From the NCBI GenBank assembly GCA_965113315.1, contig OZ220368.1: a DNA stretch of 64,000 nt; one strand, written 5' to 3'. The DNA comes from Podarcis vaucheri (lineage: Eukaryota). Shown one piece after another: positions 39,467 to 51,872 of the stretch. The translations under genes were made by a program, and so were the position numbers. The notes beneath the pieces were generated by a model that ran no database searches, was not told where the DNA came from, and saw nothing but the letters and a program-made list of their open reading frames with translations. The number at the start of each line of letters is the position of its first letter. The first letter of the stretch is position 1.

Positions 39467-40439
39467 GTGAGTAACTTTGGTGCTGTAGTGGCTGCCTTCT
39501 TGTGGCTGGTGAGATTGGGACTGATCCAACCATATGATTAATGTTCAAAGCACTACACATGCAGGAAGATCTTGGGCATATACACTAGGTTAAAATATTT
39601 TGTTGGACAAAATTATAGTGGACAAATTGTTCATGTTTTTCAATTTAAATAAAGATAAAAACACAGTAGAGTTTAATGTGGTTTTAATGGTGAGCTTTTA
39701 GAAAGAAGAATGTGATCTGTGAGTCCTGATTGACCACAGTATGTGTTTGAATGACCAATATGATACAGATGCAACAAACAAAGCAATTTGACATCTAACT
39801 GCCGCATTGAATTGGATGGATATATGCTACAGAAGCAAGAGTAGAGTAAAAATGTTCAATTTTAAGGATTCTTCCATTGGAATGTGGTTTCTGACTCAGT
39901 GATTATAAAGTGTTTCCCAAGGAATCTCTATTTAACCAAATGAGGGAAAGGAGAACTCTCATTTCCTTGTTTAAAACCATTACAATATCTTTTTAAAATG
40001 ATGTACATAATTGATTGCAAAAGGCTATTGGCAGAAGTGTTCTGATTTTTATTTTTATTTTTTAAAAGTAATGTTTGGGTTTTTCTATATTTACTGACAA
40101 TTCTTGTACCCAAATATCTTATAATGTAGGTAGATATTGGTCATGGTTGCAGTTTTATATATGCATACCTGAGCATAAAAATCATATAGCTCATTAAGAC
40201 TTATTTCTGAGACAATATACTTAGATTGCACTGTGAGGCTGCAGTTCAATTCATGTTGCTTTTGAAATTACCTTGCTTCTGAATAAACATGCAAAGGCTG
40301 AGCTTCCGAAAAGCACTTTGCTTTGTAATTATTTTCCTTGATAAGAGATTGTCAAGTGAGCCTGGGTGAACATGTTGAATCTTGTTAACCTGGAGGGCTT
40401 TTTCAATGCTGTAACAAATTCTCTTGTCATCTGTTTCAG

Positions 40440-40520
40440 GAGAGAAGTTAATTGAAGGGCAAGTGATTGAACTTGAAGATGGATCCACAGCTTTTGTCCA
40501 ACAAGTAACATTGCAGGAAG
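40440..40520 (+). CDS. ZNF76: ZNF76 exon (GEKLIEGQVIELEDGSTAFVQQVTLQE)
   Basis: ttcag acceptor, G|gttagg donor, 81 nt, Staf-type LEDGxxA repeat. Confidence 0.92.
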
Positions 40521-41154
40521 GTTAGGAGTAATAGATGTATACCTATTTCAGAAATTTGTGGAGCTTTCACTGCTTTTTTCTGTTTGCAATTTTCTCTGTG
40601 AGTGAACCTCTAGTGAAATTTGCACCAAGCAGTAGTGCACTTCTCACAGTTAGATATGTGTATTTCAGGTAGAAACTGTAAATCAGCAGGAGGCACACTC
40701 TCATGTAGAGCAGATAAAATGTGCTGGATTTCAACAGTGCTGCTAATGAGTAAATTTGCCTAAGGGCATCTGTTTTGGACCTGCTTGATACTAATCTTCC
40801 ACAAGAATAATATTTTGTGTGTAAGCTGCTGTAGCATTGCAGTTCAATCCTGTTCATGGTTACTTAGAACTGAGATTCATTGAGTTCAGTGGGCTAACTC
40901 CCATTTTTGTGTGCCTAGAGTTGCAATCCTATTCATACTGTCATGGGGGTACATACCATTGTTTCCATGAGAAAACATGCATAGAATTGAGCTGTTAGTT
41001 TGATCAAATATACATCACAACCTAAATACTCCTAATTTCTTATCTGAGACCCATGTTACACATCATGAGGTAGACAGGTTGTTGATTTCAGCTTGTAGGA
41101 ATCTGGACTGTACTAATTCTGGTTGGAAGCTGTGTGTTGTTTTCCTTTAATGCC

Positions 41155-41310
41155 CAGAAGGCAGGAGGCTTCTGAATGCCAGTTGCTGGAAATTGAAGGA
41201 GTGAGTGGTCTTGTCCTCACATCCTGCTTGTAGGCTTCCCATAGACACCTGGTTGGCCACTGTGATAACATAATGCTGGATTAGATGAGCCATTGACCTG
41301 ATCCGACAAT
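41155..41310 (+). mobile_element. CR1-type LINE 3' fragment
   Basis: recalled squamate CR1 3' end (…CTGGTTGGCCACTGTG…ATGCTGGATTAGATG…TGACCTGATCC). Confidence 0.55.
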
Positions 41311-41691
41311 ATATTCTTACACCTCCATGTAAAAACAGATACCTTGCATGTAGTCATGTTGTAAAGAAGGGAGAAAGGTTCCTCTCCCTGGTGTCATCAT
41401 TCATCACATGGAAGAAGCTTTGCAGTGGGAGGAGCACTGAATACTAGCTGTGATAATAGGCTGCATTACTGCCTTTTTATGCAATTAGAATTTCCCCCCC
41501 ACTCGATTCATTGAACTGACATGGACTGGCTTCTCTTCAAGGATTATAGAGCAAGGGCCCTGTAGGCCTTTGAGCAAACCATGGCTAGAATTCTTGAGTT
41601 CTTGTAAAGTCAGCTTTGTTTACTTTGTGTTGCATAACAACCTTACGATGCATGAGGTTTATTTTTGTGTATGTTCTCATTTGTTCTGTAG

Positions 41692-41769
41692 AGTCCATCA
41701 CATTTGAAGATGGTCAGCCAGTAGCGTTGGAAGACGGCACTATGGCTTTTATACATCATGCTCCCCAAG
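41692..41769 (+). CDS. ZNF76: ZNF76 exon (ESITFEDGQPVALEDGTMAFIHHAPQ)
   Basis: tgtag acceptor, G|gtaacg donor, 78 nt. Confidence 0.93.
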
Positions 41770-42990
41770 GTAACGATCAGTCTTTGAACCTTCCTTTCCA
41801 TATACTAGGTAAAATCATTCATACACAGTGGGTAGTATTCAATGATAACGAGTCGCTTGATTAAAGTTAATAAATATTACTAACTTCAGTTAATTCATTT
41901 CAGTGCATCAACTCTGAGTATAACTTAGTTGAATGCAATCCAGTACTCTAATAAATGTGATCACAGCTGTGTGTGTAGCTATTGGGCTGGACTCAACTAA
42001 ATTGTTGCACTAGCAGGAGCCAGTGAAACAAGTCCCACTAGCACCATGGGGCTTCATCCTCCCCATATGCCTCCCAGTTGGCTCTGAGGGTTGGGGAAAA
42101 CTTCAGAACAGTGCATGGGGGGAGAAGATGGGAGCTCATGCTGTCTGGGAAGCAGAAATGCTTGTGCTGACAGAACAATCATAATACTGTGACACTGAAT
42201 TCCTCCCATAGTCTTTTTAAACTTACACCTCTGTGACTTAGAATATTTATTGTTACCTCACCCTGAGTCAAGTCATAAAACAATTCAGGTTAGTGATGAA
42301 GAGAGAGAGCTCTGAAGTAAACTCTCGGGGGGGGGGGATCAGATGTGCAGAGAGATGGTGTGGCTCTTTGCATCACTGCCAAACCTTGAGTTGGAGAACA
42401 GAAAGAGTCAGCTTAAGAGCTCTCTTCTCCCCTCTCTCAGGATCAATCCTGATTTGGAGAGATAATTGAAGACTACCCTTGACTGGTTTGGATATCATGG
42501 TAAATGGTGGTTTAAGGAAACTAGGTAACTTTCTGTTAAGAGTTGGAAGGGCAAGTGCTTGAGCATATCACTCACTCTTGATGCTTCACAGTATGGTTTG
42601 GTAACAGGGAATGTGTTCTGTTTCAGTATCTTATCAAATCCTTTCCCTGTAGCCATACAAAATCATCCTATCCAGATTGACAAATAGCTACCAAGCAAGT
42701 AGATTGTTCCTTATTGCTCTGCAAACAATTCAAGGATGTGTGGAAATCATTCTGTGGTGATTGTTCCACACAGCTTTTGATTGTGGAATGTGTTTCATGT
42801 TGCAATTTTCAGCCATAAATAGAGTTGGATTCTATTGGTGTTTGCAATGATTGAATTTTGAACTGCCGTGAAGATTTTGCCATTGATGCTTTTAACTCTT
42901 CATCTTTTTGCCAGCTCTAAATGATCAAGAGGTAGATAAGTAGCAATTAGAGCTGACATGTGCTACTACAGTGTTTGTGGTCCCCTCCAG

Positions 42991-43193
42991 AGGGTTATGA
43001 CCCCAACACCTTAGAAGCAATCCAGCTGGAAGATGGATCCACAGCTTTCATTCATCGTCCTGTCTCCCTGTCAGTGGGTAGCACCACACTGACAGTGCAA
43101 GCAGATGTGGGCCTGGAGGAATTGGCTGTAGGAGAGAAAGATGATTCCTTTGAACTTGATTCCATTACTGCCCTCAAGGACTATGCTAGTAAG
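42991..43193 (+). CDS. ZNF76: ZNF76 exon (EGYDPNTLEAIQLEDGSTAFIH...ALKDYASK)
   Basis: tccag acceptor, AAG|gtgagg donor, 203 nt. Confidence 0.94.
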
Positions 43194-43486
43194 GTGAGGA
43201 TATTATTCTGCTTCTGTGGAAGGTTCAAATCATCCTGCTTTGTGATTCTGCAAACAGAATGAAATACCAAATTTCTAGAATGATATAAAAGTATTAAATG
43301 TATTTATTTGAAGCATTTATATTTTGCCCTCCATCAGTATTAGCTCCCAATATCTGGCACTCGTGGCATCAATTCTCCTTGTCTGGTGACATGACTCCAC
43401 TTTTAGAGTATGTGTGTTCGTAGCAGATGGAATGGTGACTTGCAGGACTCGTTTAAGCTTAACTTCTTCTTTATGTTGTTTGGCAG

Positions 43487-43603
43487 GGCTTCCACGAGGA
43501 GGAAGTGGAGAGCAATGGGAAGGAACCAAAGGTTCCTGATAGAGTTTACCGCTGTGGTTACAGTGGTTGTAGCCGCCTCTTTACCACATCTCATCATTTG
43601 AAG
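43487..43603 (+). CDS. ZNF76: ZNF76 exon, start of zinc finger 1 (…YRCGYSGCSRLFTTSHHLK)
   Basis: ggcag acceptor, AAG|gtaagt donor, 117 nt. Confidence 0.93.
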
Positions 43604-44017
43604 GTAAGTCATTGTTGTAAGCTCACAATGTTGCCTTTTAAAAGCTCTTCTGTACCTACAATGGGAAACCATTGATGCTGTGGAAGAGACAGTAATTCAC
43701 CAGTGCAAGCTTTAAAAAAAATTCTTTTGGAATAGATTTTAAGAGGCTGGATCTGCTGCAGTGATGTCAGAGGGAGCCTGGGTACAATCCTCTTCTCAGC
43801 CTCTATATTTTAAATTTAAATCTGTTTTAGTATTTTCACTTTTTGTACGTTTTAAGGTAATGCTGTATTTTTTTCCTGTTTTTCTTGTTTCACCTTTTTG
43901 TAAACAACTTAGCTTTTTCAGTCAAGTGGTGTATACATTTTATGAAATAATTAAAGATAAATGTTCCAAATTGGAATCGTCCCATTCAGTTTGCCTGAGC
44001 CTTCACTGTCTTCACAG

Positions 44018-44093
44018 GTGCATGAGCGGGTTCATACAGGTGATCGTCCATACAGATGTGACTTCTCAAGCTGTGGGAAAACCTTTACTACAG
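44018..44093 (+). CDS. ZNF76: ZNF76 exon, ZF1/ZF2 ([25 protein letters not shown])
   Basis: cacag acceptor, G|gtaatg donor, 76 nt. Confidence 0.95.
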
Positions 44094-44343
44094 GTAATGT
44101 GTGTCAAGAACAAAAGATGATCTTGTTCAAGTGGAGTTATGCAGGTCTGAGAATGAAGATCCAAATGTAGCAAGCTGAGGACTATTGAGCCTAAATGGAT
44201 AACGAAATTGAACTAAGTACAAGGTATAGTTCCTGGTGACTCAAGCTACTAAGCTTACCCGAAACTTCTAAAATCAGTGTGCTGCATTTTGGGTAGTCTC
44301 TTGGAGTTGCTGTGCTGCTTGCGCCATCTTGCCACGCTGCTAA

Positions 44344-44586
<243 letters not shown>

Positions 44587-45206
44587 TAGAAAGAGGCAAA
44601 AGGGCTACTAATATTTTTTTTGTCCAGATTCTGTACCAAATAATTCCATAATTTTAATCTAGAATAAATTGTGCAGATTTATATAAGTGTATTTCTATGT
44701 ATAATTTTTAGTATGGGATTTGCAGGCACCATTTATCAGCTCATTTCCCATGCTCAGCACTTTACAAGTATAACAGTTAGCTGATTGGCATGCCCCCCCC
44801 TTTTTTTTTTTGGCCCACATGTTTTGATTTCAAACTGTGTGGGCGAAAATAGGTCACCGAATGTCATGTGACGTGAAGTGACTGATACCCACCAGCCAAA
44901 CCTGTCCCTCAGGTGTGTGTGGATCCAGCTCCCCACCCCCGATCTAGAATGAGGCACTGTTCAGGTTGTAGCTGCCTAAGGAAAAATGATGGAGGGCCTT
45001 TCAAGCTGTCATGCTCATACTAGCTTCACATACGGCAGTTGGCTCTTTGACACCAAAATGAAGATGGAAGACCTTTGCCCAGCCTGGCAAGGTAGCATTC
45101 TCACAATTACAGTGTAGATATATTGTGGACTTAAAGGCAAGAGTGTCTTAAAATGTCAGTACTATCACAGGCTTGCTAAGGGTGCCTTCTCTCTTTTCCC
45201 CTGAAG

Positions 45207-45386
45207 GTGAGAGGCCTTTCAGGTGCCCTTTTGAGGGCTGTGGCCGCTCATTCACCACCTCAAATATACGCAAGGTCCACATCCGGACACACACTGGTGA
45301 GCGACCATATATGTGCCCAGAGCACAACTGTGGGAGAGGGTTCACTAGTGCCACCAACTTCAAAAACCACATGAGAATCCATACAG
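45207..45386 (+). CDS. ZNF76: ZNF76 exon, ZF4-ZF5 ([25 protein letters not shown]...[15 protein letters not shown])
   Basis: polypyrimidine tract plus aag acceptor, G|gtaata donor, 180 nt. Confidence 0.95.
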
Positions 45387-45738
45387 GTAATATTTGTGTA
45401 TGTATCTTAATTTTCATATTTCATTAACGGGAAACACCATACAGGCAATCCTCAGCATGGTATACTTTCACAATCTGTGGGGGTGGTGTCACTTGGTTGA
45501 ACTTCATTATGTGTAACAGACCATCCCAGTGACACATTACTGCATTGGGGGGATCAACATGGAAACTATACTAGGCTTGCTTGCTTGAACCAGTTGTCAT
45601 CTGTAAGAAGGCCGGTTAAAAGAAAATATGTATTGAACTACTAAAAACCAGTAGAGTGAGATTTGAAGTTCCCTTCCCAATTGCTTAAAAGTACTCTTGC
45701 AGTGTAATCCTATACCTTTTTGAAAGTAAACCCCACTA

Positions 45739-45964
45739 CAGTGGTATCTCGGGTTACATACGCTTCAGGTTACAGACTCCGCTAACCCAGAAATAGTGCT
45801 TCAGGTTAAGAACTTTGCTTCAGGATAAGAACAGAAATCATGCTCCGGCGGCGAGGTGGCAGCAGGAGGCCCCATTAGCTAAAGTGGTGCTTCAGGTTAA
45901 GAACAGTTTCAGGTTAAGAACAGACCTCAGGAACGAATTAAGTACTTAACCTGAGGTACCACTG
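45739..45964. mobile_element. Tc1/mariner MITE family A nested in a small palindromic element (~45699-46013)
   Basis: TA TSD, TIR CAGTGGTAyCTC; host halves ...AATCCTATAC..AGTAAACCCCAC and TTCAATGGGGCTTA..GGATTGCAGC. Confidence 0.9.
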
Positions 45965-46078
45965 TATATTCAATGGGGCTTATTACCTAGCAAGTGTGTT
46001 TTGGGATTGCAGCCTTTGCTTTATGCCACAAAGTGAGAGATACCCATTCCTTTATATTTCCTTCTTCTTATTTCCCAG

Positions 46079-46309
46079 GGGAGAAGCCATATGCATGCCT
46101 GGTGCCAGGCTGTGGGAAGCGCTTCACTGAATATTCTAGCCTTTACAAACACCATGTGGTTCACACACACTGCAAGCCATACACCTGCAACACCTGCAGC
46201 AAAACTTACCGCCAGACCTCTACGTTGGCTATGCACAAGCGCACTGCGCATGGAGAGCTGGAAGCTACAGAAGAGAGTGAACAGGCCCTCTATGAGCAGC
46301 AGATGAGAA
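46079..46309 (+). CDS. ZNF76: ZNF76 exon, ZF6-ZF7 ([37 protein letters not shown]...[20 protein letters not shown])
   Basis: cccag acceptor, A|gtgagt donor, 231 nt; HCKPY and [16 protein letters not shown] distinguish ZNF76 from ZNF143. Confidence 0.96.
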
Positions 46310-46416
46310 GTGAGTAGGCACTAGAGTTTTGTGGGAAGCTTCATATCTTGAGTCTATATATTCTTGTCGTTTCCTGGCTCATTGCCATGCTTCCTTGTGC
46401 TTCCTGGTCCTTAAAT

Positions 46417-46550
46417 CAGGCTTCTTCAACCTTGGCCCTCCACGTGTTTTGAGACTACAATTCCCATCATCCCTGACCACTGGTCCTGCTAGCTAGGGAT
46501 CATGGGAGTTGTAGGCCAAAAACATGGAGGGCCGAGGTTGAGGAAGCCTG
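46417..46550. mobile_element. Palindromic hAT MITE carrying ACTACAATTCCCA, inside a ZNF76 intron
   Basis: TIR CAGGCTTCTTCAACCT...AGGTTGAGGAAGCCTG, exact TSD CCTTAAAT. Confidence 0.92.
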
Positions 46551-46670
46551 CCTTAAATGCTCCCTTCTGTTGTTCCTACCTTACCTTCAGAGAACATTTC
46601 AAGGCCATTTCAATGCACTCTGCTGCTCAAGTAGAGCACTCTGCTGAATCTCCTTTCCTTGTTCTCCCAG

Positions 46671-46798
46671 TTGCCACATTTGATATGCCTTCACTGAAAC
46701 ACCAGTGTATTGTTTCTGTGAAGGTGGAACACGAGGAGGAGCAGGAGGATTGCAGGGCTGTGCCAGTGACTCTCGTATCTCAGGATGGAGCAGAGCAG
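46671..46798 (+). CDS. ZNF76: ZNF76 exon (…SVKVEHEEEQEDCRAVPVTLVSQDGAEQ)
   Basis: cccag acceptor, CAG|gtatgg donor, 128 nt, frame continuous. Confidence 0.87.
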
Positions 46799-47435
46799 GT
46801 ATGGAGTCTGCAGAACTTGAAACTAAATCCATAGAGGTAACAACTTTCCGGTTTTGTTACCTTGGACAGGTCAGATCAGATAATCTTTACCCTGAAAATG
46901 CCCTAGTCCTAAACATTGGCTATAGTACATCTGCATGCAACATCTACTTAAATCATGTTAGCCCCATCCTTGGTACTTAGTTGGACAAGGGTTCTAATCA
47001 CACCAGTTTGGGTGAATGAACATTGCAGAGCAGGGTTTTATTTATCTGTTTGTTTCATAAAATACATACACCATACACTTGATTGTAAAATAAGCCCCTC
47101 AAAATGGTGAATATCACAGAGCCAGGGATAGCCCTACATTGGACAAAAGATTCCTGCATTGCAAGGGGTTAACTAGATGGTCCCTTTCAGCACTACAATT
47201 CTATTACTCTATTACTATATCTTCCTATTAGTGGTGATGTAGTCCAATTTTTCACCATTTGCGTATGCAAGGAACGTTATGATTTCAGGTGAAGAACATG
47301 CCTGTGTGAATGAGCTTTTTGTCACTTGACTACTTCTATTCCCCATGCTCCCAGCCCATGAATCGGCTTGAAACTTTTCTTCTTAATCTGTAGCCTGCAA
47401 TTTGGCCTGACTGCATTTTCACCTGCTCTTTGCAG

Positions 47436-47591
47436 GTCCGTCTGTCTCCTGAAGACTTGCAAGTACTTGGCTGTGATATCACCATGCTAACACAGAATGG
47501 CACAGCAGTATCAGTACCCCAGGAAGATATTTCAGCAAGTGGTACAAATGTGCTGACTATGATTGGCGCCGATGGGACTGAAATACATCCG
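47436..47591 (+). CDS. ZNF76: ZNF76 exon (VRLSPEDLQVLGCDITMLTQNG…GADGTEIHP)
   Basis: tgcag acceptor, CCG|gtactc donor, 156 nt. Confidence 0.92.
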
Positions 47592-47680
47592 GTACTCATT
47601 TCTTCTAAAACCTTTGACATAGTCTGGGAAAGTGTTTTTTTATATATATGTAATGGTTGTGCTGATGTGATACTTTTCAG

Positions 47681-47794
47681 GTTACAATAGTCACTTCTGG
47701 GACAAAGGCATCCGAGGATTTGCCCACAGCATCCATCCACCAGCAGCAGCTGACAGTGCTAGCAAAAGCAAAGGACACTCATATTGCAGTTCAG
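47681..47794 (+). CDS. ZNF76: ZNF76 penultimate exon (VTIVTSG…DTHIAVQ)
   Basis: ttcag acceptor, CAG|gtattt donor, 114 nt, THIAVQ motif. Confidence 0.92.
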
Positions 47795-48237
47795 GTATTT
47801 CATATACACATCTTGCTTAGAGTTTGCAGGCACAGGTGTTTTGGTCATGTTGGAAGAGAGCCTCTTGTCCCCCTCCCCAAGGACGCATACAGATGATGAG
47901 TCTGACCTCATACTGCCTTACCACTATGCAGCAGATGCCACATTTTTAGGGCATTGATTGACACAGAGACCAGCCAATCATGAAACTAACTACTCCTTCT
48001 TGGCAGCCCTTGTTTCAGTCACACAAAGCAGGTTTTTAAGTGTAAAAATAACTGAGCACCAAACAAATATTTGAGCAGAGAACAATGCAGGCTCTTGAAA
48101 AGCTAATCAAACGGGACAGCCAGTCTGAAGCATCAGGTGAAGGAGCAACTATTAAAATTCAGTTTGAAACCAGGTACTTGTGTTCTTTGAGGAGTGAAGT
48201 GGGAGAGCAGACCCTTTTTTTAAAAAAAAACTTGGTA

Positions 48238-48652
48238 CAGTGGTGCCCCGCAAGACAAAATTAATTCGTTCCGCAATTTTTGTCGTCTAGCGAATTTTTC
48301 GTCTTGCGAAGCACGAAATCCCATAGGAATGCATTGAAATTCAATTAATGCGTTCCTATGGTCAAAAAAAGTCCAAACAAAGCCAAATTTGGTACAACAA
48401 CAGTTTATTAACTGCTCTTTAAAGTCACATATACTGTAAAGAGCAGTTCAAAAATTTAAGGGAAAATAAATTAACTTTATAAACAAAACATGTCTTTGTT
48501 TTTAGTCAAAGAAAAAAAGTCGCGAGACGTTTTCGTCTTGCGAAGCAAGCCCATAGGGGAAATTCGTCTTGCGAGGCAAATCGCGAACGGAAAAAACTTT
48601 CGTCTAGCGAGTTTTTTGTATTGCGAGGCATTCGTCTTGCGGGGCACCACTG
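48238..48652. mobile_element. Tc1/mariner (Tigger-like) MITE, family B
   Basis: TA TSD, TIR CAGTGGTGCCCCGCAAGAC, repeated TTCGTCTTGCG subterminal motifs. Confidence 0.92.
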
Positions 48653-49990
48653 TAACTTCCTTCTGGGTTTCAGACTTCTTTGTTCCCCATCAATTACAGT
48701 AAGGAGAAATTGCCTTTGTTGTGAATTTTTTGTAGAATGTTTAGGGATTTTAAAGACCACAAAAAGTACTGTATTCTTTTCATCTTGTGATTTTAGGATT
48801 TACAAAAGAACACATTAATTGTCATACAGAGCAATATTACTGTATTGGTCTGAATATAGATTACACTTTCCCCAAAATCTGGCTTGTATAAAACCTGAGT
48901 GCAGCCTATAATCACACTCTTACATGTAAGGAACCTATGACTTCAGAGATCTCATTTTAGGGCTGTGATCTCTTTCAGGTTATATTCAGTCCAGTACCAT
49001 AAGTAGCTGTCCCTTGTAAGCACATAAAGAGTAGTGTCATTGATAGCACAATCTGATGCAGAAGTCAGTCCATTGAGTTAAATGGGGTTTCCTCCCAGGT
49101 AACTCTGTATAACAGCGGTAGGGACCCTCTGGCCCTGCACCAGGCTTGGTCCACCAGGGGGTCCAATTTGGCCTGTGATTTCCCCCCAATCATGCCTATC
49201 AGCTTATGCCGTTGGTAACATCATCTGATGGATGGAAGGACAGGCTTTAATTCTTCACTGGCTGGATTGTGCAGCGGGATTGCTTATCATTTGAAAGGCA
49301 TTAAAGTCCTTTGCCTTCTACTTTAAGTGAGCTGGGGAGGGGGCATCTTAAAGCTGAAAAGGGCTCTTTGAAGCAGCATCTCCACTTCCATTAAACAGTT
49401 TAAAAAACATAGGGAGGCTGCTTCAAAGAGTACTTTGACAAAGCTTTTTAAGAGGCTCAGTGCACAAGGGCTGTCTTAAAATTGCAAAGTACCATTTGAG
49501 GCAGCTCCCCAAAACCACATTTTAAACATGACTTTTAATAGAAAAGGGTGAGGCTGCTTCGAATACAGGTTTTTCAAAGGCTTTAAGATAGCCCCTTGTG
49601 GTCTTGCTTGAGCCTCTAGGGGCATCAGGGGTTTGAAGGGGGAGCATGGGGAGACTTGCAAAGTTACAAAATGGATTTTGTACACAACATCCCAGTAGTG
49701 ATGCCATAATGACGAGTGGGTAAAATTTGGCCAATGAGGTGGATCCTGATCAGGCTGTGACCTGCAGAGCCAAAAAAGGTTCTTCACCCCTGATGTATGG
49801 GATAGACGAAGCCAAAGTAATATATTGTATGTTCACAGCTGCCTGGTTTCCTTTTGTGCCCCTTTTACATTGCTACCTATTTTCTTTCCCCACCATGCAA
49901 TCACTTCATTTCCACATAACTTCCTATGCTATTTCTTCACTTCCCCGTTGAGCTACTTCTGCTTCTGCATATCTACTTCCAAATAATGTG

Positions 49991-50229
49991 CAGTGGTACC
50001 TCAAGTTACAAACGCCTCAGGTTACAAACGCTTCAGGTTACAAACTCCGCTAACCTGGAAGTTACCTCGAGTTGAGAACTTTGCCCCAGGATAAGAACGG
50101 AAATTGTGTGCTGGCAGCGCAGCAGCAGCAAGAGGCTCTATTAGCGAAAGCATGCCTCTAGTTAAGAACAGTTTCAGGTTAAGAACAGACTTCCGGAATG
50201 AATTAAGTTCTTAACTAGAGGTACCACTG
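49991..50229. mobile_element. Tc1/mariner MITE family A (more diverged)
   Basis: CAGTGGTACCTC...GAGGTACCACTG-TA. Confidence 0.88.
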
Positions 50230-50984
50230 TATGTATATAGTGTCTTAAAATAATTTGTGTGTGAAAGAAAGCTAGCAGTGGTTAACTTTGCATCCAATGT
50301 TTACTTTGAAAAGTTACGTGTCTTTAATATTATCTTTCTCTCTGCCTAATTGCACTTAGATGCTTGCTTTGTCTTGGGAGCCAGTTCGTAGGCCAGAGAT
50401 TAGCAAGTGGACAGTCCATAACCAAATCCATCTCCTTGGATAATTCTGTTTGGCTCTTCAGTTGCCAGAGACAGAGGGTGTCCAAAAGTGGAGTTAATGA
50501 TGTCTGTGACAATACGGGGCAGCATCCAGTGAACTTGTTCCACCGGTGCACCATAACCAACCAGTGCTCATTCTGCAGGCAGGGCTGTTTGTGAATACGT
50601 CCTTAGTGCTAATCTCATATTACTATTATCACTTTTCATCCATGTACCTGACCATCACTTGTGTGTCTCCTAACCAAATACATAATTTTGTGCCATTTGG
50701 GTTCCTTTATTTCACTTGGAAACACCAGTAGGCAGCTTCAGGCAATTGATTTTGGGTGTCATGAAATGTTAGCAAATTATTGATTATTCTGATTTTTTAT
50801 TATATATTTTTACTGCCAGGGAAGGAAAGAAGTGCTTGTGAGATTTTCTGCCTCACGCCTCAAAATTATTTGACTTTAGGTATTAGTCACCATGACTTGG
50901 AGCAGTGGGTGGTGGAGATGGGACCACAACTCTATTTAACTGCCAAGCAAATTTGAGAGTGATGCCGTCTTTTTCTCTTTCCAG

Positions 50985-51089
50985 GTAAAAGAGCAGCAGA
51001 GCTCCGATGATGCCATTAGTGTGTCAACCTCAGCAATTCAACAGGAGTCTGCAACTCTTAAGGTATCCACATCAAACAGTGGGTGCTGA
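50985..51089 (+). CDS. ZNF76: ZNF76 last coding exon (VKEQQSSDDAISVSTSAIQQESATLKVSTSNSGC*)
   Basis: tttccag acceptor, TGA 51087-51089; ends in SGC as recalled for human; total CDS 1668 nt = 555 aa + stop. Confidence 0.9.
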   Translation, partial: VKEQQSSDDAISVSTSAIQQESATLKVSTSNSGC

Positions 51090-51866
51090 GACCTCCCATG
51101 GAGCTAGAGCAACTGAAGCTGGGTGGACCACTGGAGTCTTCAGAACCTCCAACTCAAAAGCCAAGTGATGGGTGCTTATCCTTCTGGACCTGAAGAGATC
51201 CCTTACTATTTGCTGCCATCTGTCCGGCATGAATGACCTGATAACTGAGAAGCACAGATGGTGAAGTTACATGAACTATTGGATGAGACTTGGTTTAGAA
51301 ATATTCCTCCTATAAGTGCTACAACACGTTTTATGGCCTCTTTAAGAAAGCCTTCCCTTAACTTTCTGAGGTGACATCCGCACTATCATTCTGGACCTTT
51401 CTAATTTCTGCTGAATGTTATTGGAGGAAACACTTGTATTTAATTACTTGGAGGGCTAGAACAGCCTTCATAAGATTATGGGACTTGCATGACTGGGGAG
51501 ATTTATCTCTTTGAAGTTTTTAGCATTAAATGTGTTTTTAGCCATAGAAAGTTCAGGAAAAGGAATTACGGGTAGATGGGTGCTCTCTACTTTTCCTTAC
51601 CTCAGATACATGGGAGCAGAAAGTGTTGGCACAGGAGCGGTCACACACTCTCTGAGCAGAACTGAAATGCACAGTACCGGAAAAGGACAAATATTAATGT
51701 GATGGCTGTGCTGTATGCATTTCCCCCCAATTATTGTGGTTGCTTCCCAGTCTCAGCAAGTGGAATAGACTGAAGCAGACATGCCAAGGAGAAGAAACAG
51801 CTTTGTATTACATTTTCTTTGCCTCTTTCACTCTCTGAAATAACAGAAGACGCTAAATATGTATTT

Positions 51867-51872
51867 AATAAA
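51867..51872 (+). terminator. ZNF76: Candidate ZNF76 polyadenylation signal AATAAA
   Basis: AATAAA ~780 nt after the stop, followed by U/GU-rich sequence. Confidence 0.6.
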
